Part shown: piece after piece, positions 1 to 9,051 of the stretch
How the letters are laid out: each line of letters opens with the position of its first letter
Numbering within the stretch: position 1 is the stretch's first letter
The notes under the pieces: generated by a model
The model's input: only the letters and a program-made list of their open reading frames with translations
Database searches by the model: none
Told to the model about the DNA's origin: nothing
IMG/VR virus record: IMGVR_UViG_3300029976_000110
Strand: one strand, 5' to 3'
DNA from: a virus
Lineage: Duplodnaviria; Heunggongvirae; Uroviricota; Caudoviricetes
Length of the DNA stretch: 64,000 bases
Made by a program: the position numbers and the translations under genes

Positions 1-940
1 GAACTCCCAACATATCTTGTTCCTTTTTGGTTACGAAGCCAATCGTAACTCCAGAATAACCCTTTTCCTTTAAGGTTATAGGCGTTCCGTCAGTATATTC
101 AAACTTGGGAATGACCTCGTTCACATCACCCGTGGCCACCCACAGCTTGCGGGGGTATATGCCGTTCTCGAACTCATAGACCTTAGCCTTGTTGTTTTTC
201 GCTTTCTTGCTCATCGTCTTTTGTTTGTTGTCGCATACCACATCTCCCACCTTGAACTTGGGCTGCTCTTTCGCTTTAGCCAAAGCCACGCTACCAACGA
301 ACATTCCGTAACGGTAATTATCCATATACACAACGCCATCGATTTCTTCATCTACAATATGAGTTGTTGGGGTTGAGCCTGTCTGTCTTTCGTTCAATAT
401 GATAACCTCATCGCCTTTCTTGAACTTCGTTTGTCGCTCCTCCTCTTCAAGTTTCAGCTCCGTGCCTGTAGAGAGGATGTAATCATATTCGGCAGGCTTG
501 ATGTCTTTGTTGGTAACCTTTATGCAATGGTCTATGCTGTCGATATAGTAAAGGCAAGTTTCGTTTGTGTAGAAGAATTCGATGGTTTCTGTACCACCGT
601 TGCTTTTGAGGAGTTTCAATACTTTATTACTTTTGCCAGTGACACCTTTGGTATACTTCACTCTGAAGCATCCCCAGTCTCTCACTTCCTTTGAGGGAAA
701 TAGTAATGGCTCGCCTTCTATACGATACCTGCCATCGTTGTAGAACTTTTGTACTCCATTATTAATACCCTTCACTACGATGTAACCGTCATCATCACAA
801 GAGTTTATCAGATTACACTCCCCACAGATGGGCGAGTAGAGGTTGATGTATTCGGGTACATCTTTAAGCAACTCGGATATATTAATTTCCCTATGGTCCA
901 TTAGGCCAAGGGTCATTGGATTGTTATTTTCTTGTTTCAT
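1..940 (-). CDS. hypothetical protein, partial (5' end of gene in window; continues beyond window start); paralog of 38675..39700
   Basis: Minus-strand ATG at ~940 (cat at 938-940). Translation shares the block EYILSTGTELKLEE(E/K)E and an identical ~40-nt stretch (431-470 = 39128-39167) with ORF 38675..39700. The ORF track shows only a spurious plus-strand ORF here. Confidence 0.45.
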   Translation of the reverse strand, partial: MKQENNNPMTLGLMDHREINISELLKDVPEYINLYSPICGECNLINSCDDDGYIVVKGINNGVQKFYNDGRYRIEGEPLLFPSKEVRDWGCFRVKYTKGVTGKSNKVLKLLKSNGGTETIEFFYTNETCLYYIDSIDHCIKVTNKDIKPAEYDYILSTGTELKLEEEERQTKFKKGDEVIILNERQTGSTPTTHIVDEEIDGVVYMDNYRYGMFVGSVALAKAKEQPKFKVGDVVCDNKQKTMSKKAKNNKAKVYEFENGIYPRKLWVATGDVNEVIPKFEYTDGTPITLKEKGYSGVTIGFVTKKEQDMLGV

Positions 941-1054
941 AATTATTACTTTAACGGTACTTCATCTCTAAAATACTGTGAGTAAGTACATTTTCATTCC
1001 AACGCTAAATCCATTGTTTGTTAAACTTTCTTGTTTTCAAAGTTCAACTTTAGT

Positions 1055-1297
1055 TCAATTATTTTTATACCAGTCTATTATTTGTTGAACAGTCATCATT
1101 CCAACTCTCTTTTTTATTACTTTGTTATTATCGTCAAGCATGATAAGAGTTGGGACAGATCGGATTCCATACTTAGAAGCTTCTTCTAGTTCGTTATCTA
1201 TACATATAGATGTATATTCTATTCCAGTTTCTTGTAAATTCTTCTCTAATAACTTACAAGGAGTGCAAGTGTTAGAATAAAATTTTAATATTTTCAT
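1055..1297 (-). CDS. thioredoxin/glutaredoxin-family redoxin (CxxC = CTPC)
   Basis: 80 aa with a CTPC active-site motif early in the sequence and thioredoxin-like length. Phage RNR-associated redoxins of this kind are common. Confidence 0.55.
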   Translation of the reverse strand: MKILKFYSNTCTPCKLLEKNLQETGIEYTSICIDNELEEASKYGIRSVPTLIMLDDNNKVIKKRVGMMTVQQIIDWYKNN

Positions 1298-1620
1298 AAT
1301 AAATTAAAAATCCGTAAAGAACTTGTTATTTTAGGGGTAATCCAAGGTATCTTAGTTGAAGTACTCGGATCTGCATTACATTCATCACATAAGGCATACC
1401 TATCTAATCTCCAAGGAACTATCTTCTTACCACAACAATGACATCTAAGTCGATAGAAATCATCAGCTTCATAGCCATATACCCAAAAAGTCTTAAACCC
1501 AAATACTTTATCCAAAGTTGGGATAGCTTTTTCAAGTATTCCCCATCTCCCTAGTATCCCGTAAAATGTAGGAGTGCTACTAAAGTCATTGTTGTTGGTA
1601 AGATCTATATTTCTTTTCAT
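1294..1620 (-). CDS. hypothetical Zn-ribbon protein (CHCCG...CDEC)
   Basis: Four-Cys cluster; translationally coupled to its neighbours. Confidence 0.3.
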   Translation of the reverse strand: MKRNIDLTNNNDFSSTPTFYGILGRWGILEKAIPTLDKVFGFKTFWVYGYEADDFYRLRCHCCGKKIVPWRLDRYALCDECNADPSTSTKIPWITPKITSSLRIFNLL

Positions 1621-2339
1621 AACTTAATCCAAGATCTAATCCTTTTAAATATAGATGGTTTAGTAACAGCTATTAATCTAGGAGTTTTGTCCTCATCTTT
1701 TGGAAGTTTATATTTATTTAATAACCGTTTTAACTCTTCAGAAGTTTGTGGAACTTCTACTTTACGTTCAGGAGTTTCGTTATATTTACTTTTATAACCT
1801 TCAACAAATTTGTCAAAAGTTAAGTCACAATACTCATCAACCCAATCTCCTAATACATAAAAACGATCAGAAATCATTCGATCATTTTTAAAGCATCCAA
1901 ATAAGATAGGATCTTTATCTCTTCTTTCTTGATCAATTTTACGCTCTTCTCTACCTGTATAATCAGTAAAGATAACGTAAAGCTCATCGAAGATTCCTTT
2001 AGTTTTCTTAACTACTTCAACAATTTCATCAGGAATTTCTCTTGTGTATCGAGATAATTCTATGATTTTAACTACATCCTTAGATACATGATCAATATAA
2101 TCTTCAATCATATCTCTATATACAAATGTAGTAATTCCCAACTCTACTAGTTTTTCCTCTTTTCCTAGTACGTCTGCTAGGAAATTTAATTTCTTAAGAC
2201 TTCTAATCTGACCAGTAGTATTATACTTCTCAGCTAGTTGTGCCATTACAGCATAAGAGTTTTTAATAGACTCTAAAGATGCTGTATTCTTTGCATTTTT
2301 AATATTCTCAAAGTATTGAGAAGGAGTTAATTCTTCCAT
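1617..2339 (-). CDS. hypothetical protein
   Basis: 240-aa ORF in an overlapping operon arrangement. Confidence 0.4.
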   Translation of the reverse strand: MEELTPSQYFENIKNAKNTASLESIKNSYAVMAQLAEKYNTTGQIRSLKKLNFLADVLGKEEKLVELGITTFVYRDMIEDYIDHVSKDVVKIIELSRYTREIPDEIVEVVKKTKGIFDELYVIFTDYTGREERKIDQERRDKDPILFGCFKNDRMISDRFYVLGDWVDEYCDLTFDKFVEGYKSKYNETPERKVEVPQTSEELKRLLNKYKLPKDEDKTPRLIAVTKPSIFKRIRSWIKL

Positions 2340-2707
2340 TATTCTTGTATTACTTCAAAATCATCAACAACCCAACCTTGGCAATCTGCTTTAAGAATCT
2401 CTTGTAAATTCTGTCCTGTTGAAACTCTTTCTAATACTTCTTGAGGTAGCCAATGCTGGTTTTTTACTTCTGTTTTTAAATCACAATCGGAGAAATCCAA
2501 TGTTTCATAATACATCCCATCTTCATCAATTCCTTTATCTTCAATAGTATAATTTGAAACATGAATCTTCATTGTTTTGCTAAGGGTAACGCTAACAGTT
2601 ACTTCAATTTCTTCTATTAGATCCTCTTGATTCCAAGGTGCGTTGGAGTCATATTCAGCTCCTGCAGGATAATATCCACTCATAATGAACCTCCCATTTT
2701 GTTCCAT
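2339..2707 (-). CDS. hypothetical protein
   Basis: 122-aa ORF, coupled. Confidence 0.35.
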   Translation of the reverse strand: MEQNGRFIMSGYYPAGAEYDSNAPWNQEDLIEEIEVTVSVTLSKTMKIHVSNYTIEDKGIDEDGMYYETLDFSDCDLKTEVKNQHWLPQEVLERVSTGQNLQEILKADCQGWVVDDFEVIQE

Positions 2708-2787
2708 ACCTAGGCTCTTGTTGAGGAGTACAGAATGGACACGTATTTAGTAAATGATTAATACCTCTGTCGCATTGTGGGCAACCC

Positions 2788-3446
2788 TTATTCTTCCTTG
2801 GAACAGATTGTATATTTAACGTCATCAACATTCCAGTCTTTTAAATCTAGTCCACTGACTCTTATACCGGCTCTTCCTAACATAGAGGCAGCCTGGGCTA
2901 GAGCGTTATGAGGTAAAGCTATCTCTGATTTTGCATTATCTATAAATTGTTCATCAGAATTACCTTCCTTTCTGGGAAGATATATGGTTCGATGCATTGT
3001 TATATCACACCGAACTCCTTCAAAATTTTCTGTTTCCATTATAAATCATTAGTATTAGGATGATTTACAGTAGCGACAAAATCTCCATGCATAAATGCAG
3101 TATTCCAATGTACATTTTCTGGAGGATCTATAGCCAATCCTTCTTTATTGTGACAATGATCCCATTCCTCTAGGAGAATACATAGTTTCCATCGATCTAT
3201 ATAAAGTTCGTTAAGCAACTCTATATTTTCTTCAAATCGGCGGTGTACAAAGTCATAGGGACTGTTATAATCCTCTTTATCATAGTACTTTTCTGGCTCG
3301 GTCATAATAACTAAATCCCGTAGTTCTTGTTTACAGGTCTTAATTTCATTTTCTATATTATCGAGGTCAGATTGTACTTCATATTTACTGTTATAGCTCT
3401 TTCGATTATAACTTATATTACAAAATAATTCAGTCGACCAACTCAT
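2788..3446 (-). CDS. two hypothetical proteins (2788..3039 and 3039..3446)
   Basis: Coupled ORFs of 83 and 135 aa. Confidence 0.3.
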
Positions 3447-3676
3447 TATAATGTTATTTTATTTTCGTAAACTTCCTTAAATAAGAATTCAGGAACCATA
3501 TATGTATTATCAGGGCAAGGATGTCCTTCTGTTGTACAACAAAAGATACATTCTTCAAATCTGGGATGTTCCATAAAATCTTGAATTTCAGGCCATCCTA
3601 CCATTATATATTTTTCAAGAACTCCACATGAACTTATTGTAGAGTCTTGTATTGCTACATTTGGGTTAGTTTTCAT
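3446..3676 (-). CDS. hypothetical Cys-rich protein
   Basis: 76 aa, CIFCC..HPCP. Confidence 0.3.
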   Translation of the reverse strand: MKTNPNVAIQDSTISSCGVLEKYIMVGWPEIQDFMEHPRFEECIFCCTTEGHPCPDNTYMVPEFLFKEVYENKITL

Positions 3677-3689
3677 CTCTAAAAATATA

Positions 3690-3942
3690 TTAATGAATCC
3701 AATGATCTCCTATTGAAATATCTGCACCTAAATTAACATTAGGACAAAATGGCTTACCTCCAGCAACCATACAGTCTACCAGTACTTTAGCCACTTCATC
3801 TTTCATTGATTCAGGACACTCCAAATTCCATTCATCGTGAGCAGGAACACACATTAAAACTTTGTCTTGATACTCATTTTTTACAATCCAATTGAAAAGT
3901 TTAATAGAAGCTAGTTTGAAGCAACAAGCTCCCCTATTTTGT
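3690..3942 (-). CDS. DNA polymerase family A, exon 3 (motif C and C-terminus)
   Basis: An in-frame segment the ORF track missed translates as ...QNRGACCFKLASIK...LMCVPAHDEWNLE...GDHWIH*. It contains the Pol A motif C (HDE) and the terminal H that are absent from the 4180..5694 ORF. Confidence 0.7.
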
Positions 3943-4189
3943 CATTTTGTTATCCTAGAGGTTCTTTATCCTCTAGCTCTGTATCTTCCTTTTCGATACA
4001 GCTCGGACTATATCTTAGTATATTTTTACAAAACATACTTTCCCTTTTCGTGGAATTTTACTCTCCCATTAGGAGTTCATATTCTAGTCTCTACACCTTC
4101 ACAATATTACTATTGTGCTTGGCTCGATATTCCCATCTCAAGGTTCATCGAATTTAGGGAATTTTAACAGGACACAAACTTACCATTTC
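3943..4189 (-). ncRNA. group I intron (ORF-less, ~247 nt) between DNA polymerase exons 2 and 3
   Basis: P1: exon ACAGGAU pairs with IGS GUCCUGU, with U.G at the splice site. P10: exon ACAAA pairs with GUUUGU just 5' of the IGS. R element GUAGAGACUAGA. S element UAAGAUAUAGUCC, identical to the Tetrahymena S block. P9/P9.1 hairpins present. Ends in a G before exon 3. Confidence 0.65.
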
Positions 4190-5753
4190 ATCCTGTAATT
4201 AATAGATTGCCTTTCAGAAGCGGATTTTCTTATATTAAACTTTCTTACTTCTTGAACAGTATCACAATAAGGAGATTCTTTCCGCATTTGCCAATAATAC
4301 GCAGAAAATTCTGGATCGTTTAGTTTGGCTGCCATCTTCTGTTGCCACTTTGCATCATAAATATGTGCTCGATGCCCAAGTACGGGATTCATTAGAATAT
4401 ATCCCTTACTCATTACTGCATATCTACAATAATCCTGGTACTTCTTAATACCAGGAAAAGCCTTCATAAAGTTGTTATATATTCTTTCTGCATCCTCTTT
4501 CTTGAATCCCTTATTAGCCATAAGTGTATGTGCATCTCCTCCATAGAATATGCCAAACTCGACCCCCTTGGAGTTCTGTCTAAGGTCTTTATGTTGGGCT
4601 TTAATTTCTTTATCAGTAAGACCTCCAAGAATATCTGGCCAACAGCTTCTAGCTACTTCACTATGTAGATCTCCTCCAGTGTTTAATATTTCTATCATCT
4701 TCGGATCATTTGCTACTGAGGCAGTAAGGCACGACTCTTGACCCGAATAGTCGCATGAGAGCCAAACATTGCCTTTTTCAGCTGTGAAACAAGACCTAGT
4801 GCCTTCATCATGTGGTAGGTTTTGCATATTTAATTTATAGACACCCCCACCACTGCTCAGTCTGGAAGTATCAGTTCCAATTGAATGAAGCTCAGGGTAT
4901 ATACGTCCAGTTTTTGGATTAATAGCTTTAAGCCAGTTCTCTCCATAGGTAGAAACTAACTTAGAAGCACCTTGATAACGAAGAAATAGAGATATAATCG
5001 GGAACTTACTTGCCTGCGGAGCTATTTGCTTTTCTTCGATAGACTTCTTTTCCTTTTTTGTCTTCTTATCAAAAGTTTTGCATTGGATTCCAAGTAATTC
5101 GAAGAGAGGAATAACTTGTTTAGAACTACTCCAACTTATAATACAGGCATATCCAGGTTGTACAAACCCAAATAAGTCTGGTTGGACATACTCTACAAAC
5201 TGCTTAAACTTTTGCTTATCAGAATTATATAAGTCGATAACATACTGATTGAGCTCTTGTAACGAGTTATCTAGCTCTTTTTGATCCTTTTCCATTTTGG
5301 CTTTCCAACGATCAACATCCAAATGAATCCCACAATATCGTGTATATGCTACTGCTTTTACAAACTCACACTCAAAGGCAGCGGCCTTAAATAATTGCTG
5401 TTTCTCTAATTCTTTACTTTGTTCAGCATAAATGTCTTCAATCCACATAACATCACCTGCCGCATACACTACTACTTCTTCAGTTAGACCTTCATTGATT
5501 ATCTTACCTCGAACAGTTTTATCAATGTCAATATTGCACCACCTTTGTGCAGCAGCTTTTAAAGAATAACTTAACTCCCAATACTTAATTAATCCATTAT
5601 CATCGAGTATTTGTTGATAGCCAAACTGCCCATCATATTGATCTACAGTAAGAGCTGCTGGCATCCCTAGGAAAATAACTTTATCAACAACCATCCCATC
5701 TATTATGTGTTTAGGGTAAATCTTCTGTACATACAGAAAGGTGAGATCAAATG
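4190..5753 (-). CDS. DNA polymerase family A, exon 2 (ExoIII and polymerase motifs A and B)
   Basis: YAAGDV (Exo III), TGRIYP..GTDTSRLSS, DYSGQESCL (motif A) and RQNSKGVEFGIFYGG (motif B). The ORF stops at ERQSINYRMKW*, just before where motif C should lie. In-frame sequence upstream of the annotated Met extends to ..AFDLTFLYVQ. Confidence 0.8.
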
Positions 5754-6492
5754 CTATTCTCTAATTCTTTCAAATTAGTATCGACTATATCATTAATCTT
5801 TTGATTCATATCCACTAACTTTTCAAACTTTATAAAATTTATATATTTTCTATCTAATTTTGCGTCATTAGAGTTTTTATACAAAATATGTAAGACTCTT
5901 AGAATTTCATCAATGCTGCTAATTCTAATACTATAATAGGTATTTTCCTTTTTTTTGTTTCTATTATAGAATAATTTACCTTTATCTCATTTAAAAAATT
6001 AGATAGTCCAAGTTTCATTGCCGAAGATCCAGTAGTAATATCTAAGTGAACGTCTTTAAATTTGCCAGAGGTATAAGTATAGGATAGACAACCATCTCCA
6101 TATTTTTCAGCAACCTCTTTTGCTTTAGTTCCAGATAAATATAAATCTTTAATCTCATCTACATATATTTGTAGATTTTTTCGTAAGTTAGTGTTTTCTT
6201 TTGTTCTCATAATTAAAATACTTGTTATATCGTTTTGATTTGATATACAAATATAAATATGAAAAACGAAATATCAAAAGATTATTGGGCACTTTTATTA
6301 AAAAATGATATTTTAATAAATTTCTGTTATTAAGAGAACTATATCCCTCAGATAGTCTGTGAGCTTTATACTAATGTATTAGTATCTTAGCTGCTGATTG
6401 TCCAATCTTTCTAATTATCACACTTGTATAGAAAGCTCTAAGGAGTTTCCAGCAATTCACCCAATTTTCTATTTATAATAGCTGCCATTTTG
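5754..6492 (-). mobile_element. group I intron (~739 nt) in the DNA polymerase gene, carrying an internal 103-aa ORF (5899..6210)
   Basis: P1: CUGU|caaaaug|GCAG with U.G at the splice site. P10: exon CAUUUG pairs with the loop CAAAAUG. R-like CACAGACUAUC. S block AAUGAUAUAGUCG followed by a P9 hairpin CUAAUU-ugaaag-AAUUAG. Ends in ..GAAUAG. Splicing rebuilds the Exo II motif as IGWNLS-FDLTFL. Confidence 0.65.
5899..6210 (-). CDS. intron-encoded small ORF (possible degenerate homing endonuclease or DNA-binding protein)
   Basis: 103-aa ORF lying wholly inside the predicted intron between the R-like and S elements. No clear HE motif recognised. Confidence 0.3.
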   Translation of the reverse strand: MRTKENTNLRKNLQIYVDEIKDLYLSGTKAKEVAEKYGDGCLSYTYTSGKFKDVHLDITTGSSAMKLGLSNFLNEIKVNYSIIETKKRKIPIIVLELAALMKF

Positions 6493-6772
6493 ACAGATTC
6501 CATCCGATAAATGTCCTCTCAGATTCTAGATATTCCTTTAATTGATTTTTTTCGTTTTTAGAAAGTGTCGACCAATCAAATACTACTTGATTTTCCTTGT
6601 TTCCCAGCTGAAGAGTTAAAATCTCTTTACTGTGGCAGTCGAGACCAGTAGTTTCACTATCCAGTTGCACTAAAGTAAGAGGATAAAGTACTTCCATGGC
6701 TCCGTGAAACTCAACTTGTTTATAATTCTCTGGACTAAATAGGCCCTTATTCCTGCTTACTAGATAAATCAT
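6493..6772 (-). CDS. DNA polymerase family A, exon 1 (3'-5' exonuclease motifs Exo I and II)
   Basis: LDSETTGLD (Exo I) and FIGWNLSK (start of Exo II). The unspliced ORF runs into WQLL*. Splicing after ..AAUCUGU restores G-W-N-L-S-F-D. Confidence 0.75.
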
Positions 6773-6828
6773 GGTAATAGAGTAAAGTTGGATTATTTCT
6801 ATAATATTTATCTTCCTTATTCACAATT

Positions 6829-7077
6829 TTACGCATGACTATTAGTATAAATTAAATCACCTGTTGCATTATTGTATATCTCGACTGTACTAAATCCATA
6901 GTTTTCATCTGGACTCATACACTCCTCAGTCTCATACAGAAGCTCATTATCATTTATTTCAACTTCACCATTGAGAATCTTATCAAGAGCTTCTTCTTCA
7001 GACTCTGCATCAATGGAATAATATTCTCTATTCCAAATAGTACTCTTTACATCCCGATAAAGGTTAAATGTTTTCAT
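6829..7077 (-). CDS. hypothetical acidic protein
   Basis: 82-aa ORF. Confidence 0.3.
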   Translation of the reverse strand: MKTFNLYRDVKSTIWNREYYSIDAESEEEALDKILNGEVEINDNELLYETEECMSPDENYGFSTVEIYNNATGDLIYTNSHA

Positions 7078-7531
7078 GATTTATAGCATTTTTATACTTC
7101 TCATAGATCCCTCTAATATACTCTTCTTCCATTGGATGATCTCTGAGGCTATCTCTTTTAATACATTCTTCTAATGAAATATCAAAGAATTGCTTGTACT
7201 CTATTTCATATACCAAATTAATAGAAGATTGCCCGATCCATTCGTTAAAGCTCTTTACTTCTTCTTCAATTTCTGATATAGTCTTTGGGTTTAAATTCAT
7301 ATTATCGAGGACTATATCATAACCACTAAGCATAGCTTCATTTAAGAAACTCTTATATATGGAATCAATTAAATCTTCTCTAGAAGAAGTCCGGTATGGT
7401 CCTAACATATTCCGAACCTCATCCCTATTAAATCTAACTCGGGTTTCTTTATTTTCCTCAACCCAAGTCTTGGCCCAAGTAGTCTTACCACTTGCAGGTA
7501 TACCCTGTAGTACTATTACTTTTCTTTTCAT
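7064..7531 (-). CDS. polynucleotide 5'-kinase-like P-loop kinase (T4 Pnk kinase-domain-like)
   Basis: Walker A GIPASGKTT. RFNRDE and VLDNMNLNP follow the spacing of the T4 Pnk kinase domain (NINRD, ISDTNLNPERR). No phosphatase domain is attached. Confidence 0.55.
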   Translation of the reverse strand: MKRKVIVLQGIPASGKTTWAKTWVEENKETRVRFNRDEVRNMLGPYRTSSREDLIDSIYKSFLNEAMLSGYDIVLDNMNLNPKTISEIEEEVKSFNEWIGQSSINLVYEIEYKQFFDISLEECIKRDSLRDHPMEEEYIRGIYEKYKNAINHENI

Positions 7532-8385
7532 TCTAGTAATTCTTTTAATTCCTCACCATAAATGTTTCGCATTTTATCTAAAGCAGTATGAAGTATTTGT
7601 CTAACTCGTTCTCCTCCAATTCCAAATCTTTTAGCTATTTCAACATTTGGAATTGGATACATACCAATGCCAAAAAACATTCTTATAACATCATGCTCCC
7701 TATTAGAGAGACATCCTAATGCCTTTTCAACAGCTATAGGGATATCTTTCTTCGATACTGCTTCATCGGCCGGTTCAGAACCATTTGGTATAATATCAAG
7801 TAAACAACTTGCTTCTTCATCGTTATGTATAGGACTTTCTAGAGAAACAGACCTATTTGAAGCAGCCAGAGACAAGGAGATCTTTTCAGGATTGAGATTA
7901 GTGCTATCTTCAAGTTCAATCATTGAAGGACTTCTTCCATTTTCTTGCTCGAACTTTTCAGTAGCTTTATTAACCTTACCCATACAAACAATTTGATTCA
8001 TAGGAACTCTTACAGTTCTACATTGATCAGAAATTGCTTTAGTAATAGCCTGCCTAATCCACCATACAGCATAGGAAATAAATCGAAAGCCTTTGTTTGC
8101 ATCAAATTTACGGGCTGCTTGAAGCATTCCAAAATTCCCTTCTTGTATTAAGTCAACAAGATCTAGCCCTTTATTCTGATATTGCTTTGCTACAGAAATA
8201 ACAAATCTTAAATTAGCTGTAACTAATTTTTCTTCTGCTTTTTTATCTCCTTCTTTAATTCTCCTAGAAAGCTCTATTTCTTCTTCTGGAGTAATCATAG
8301 AAAGTTTAGATACGTCCTTGAAGTAAATCCCCAAGGACGCATCCTTTCTATCAGTTATAGATTGACTAATCTTGAGATTTTTCAT
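7528..8385 (-). CDS. RNA polymerase sigma-70 family factor
   Basis: Region 2 (LRFVISVAKQY..GLDLVDLIQEGNFGMLQAARKFD, YAVWWIRQAI) and a region-4 HTH (EIAKRFGIGGERVRQI). Confidence 0.8.
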   Translation of the reverse strand: MKNLKISQSITDRKDASLGIYFKDVSKLSMITPEEEIELSRRIKEGDKKAEEKLVTANLRFVISVAKQYQNKGLDLVDLIQEGNFGMLQAARKFDANKGFRFISYAVWWIRQAITKAISDQCRTVRVPMNQIVCMGKVNKATEKFEQENGRSPSMIELEDSTNLNPEKISLSLAASNRSVSLESPIHNDEEASCLLDIIPNGSEPADEAVSKKDIPIAVEKALGCLSNREHDVIRMFFGIGMYPIPNVEIAKRFGIGGERVRQILHTALDKMRNIYGEELKELLE

Positions 8386-9051
8386 TTAAAGAATAGTATC
8401 TAATGTAGCTTGATATTCTACAGTATCAGATGCAAGTTTATCATTTAGATTAGCTAAGGAAGCACATCTATCTACTTCAGAAACAGAGCAACGATAGGCA
8501 GTTGCATAAGTATTAATATGAGTGTAATTAGACATCACATTATCTCTACCAGAAGCAGATCTCAATGTAATACCTAGAGCCTCTACATCATCAAAGGATG
8601 AAATATCAGTTCCCATGTATACGAATGACCAATTATATTTCTCTTCCTGATGCTTAATCATATTTTTAACTCTCTCGAAGCTATATTTCTTAGAATGGTT
8701 TTCAGCTCCATCAGTCATAATTACAATTAAGTTCTTTGAAGGACGTTCTGATTCATTCATATCATTAAGCCATTTACCTATCTCATCTATTGCTATCCCT
8801 ATTCCATCGTTCATAGCTGTAAGTCCTGATGGGCTATAAACTAACTCTGAAACTTCTTGAATAGGTAATCCGATATAGTCTTTCTTAACTTCTGTTGCAA
8901 AACGATATAAAGAAACGACACACTCTCCTTCTTCTACATTCTTTTGTTCTTCTATTAATTTCTTAAATCCTCCTAGAACATCATCGTAAGATCCAAGCAT
9001 AGATCCACTTTCGTCTAGGACAAAACAGATGTGCAATAAATTTGGTTTCAC
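8386..9051 (-). CDS. von Willebrand factor A (vWA) domain protein
   Basis: MIDAS motif ICFVLDESGSM, MTDGAEN. Overlaps start/stop with the RNA ligase gene. Confidence 0.65.
   Translation of the reverse strand: MKPNLLHICFVLDESGSMLGSYDDVLGGFKKLIEEQKNVEEGECVVSLYRFATEVKKDYIGLPIQEVSELVYSPSGLTAMNDGIGIAIDEIGKWLNDMNESERPSKNLIVIMTDGAENHSKKYSFERVKNMIKHQEEKYNWSFVYMGTDISSFDDVEALGITLRSASGRDNVMSNYTHINTYATAYRCSVSEVDRCASLANLNDKLASDTVEYQATLDTIL

Noticed and set aside
431-694. Plus-strand ORFs lying inside minus-strand genes (431..694, 4550..4741, 7667..7996, 42296..42631, 44325..44954, 45003..45368, 51960..52625 and others)
   Set aside because: They are antisense to well-supported minus-strand genes and have low-complexity or Cys/Phe/Ser-rich compositions typical of antisense frames. 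There are no motif or coupling signals.
4183-4189. GUAAGU immediately after the DNA polymerase exon 2 (looks like a spliceosomal/group II 5' site)
   Set aside because: The intervening sequence is only 247 nt and has a full group I core (P1 with U.G, R/S elements, terminal G). There are no group II domains V/VI. This is a coincidence.
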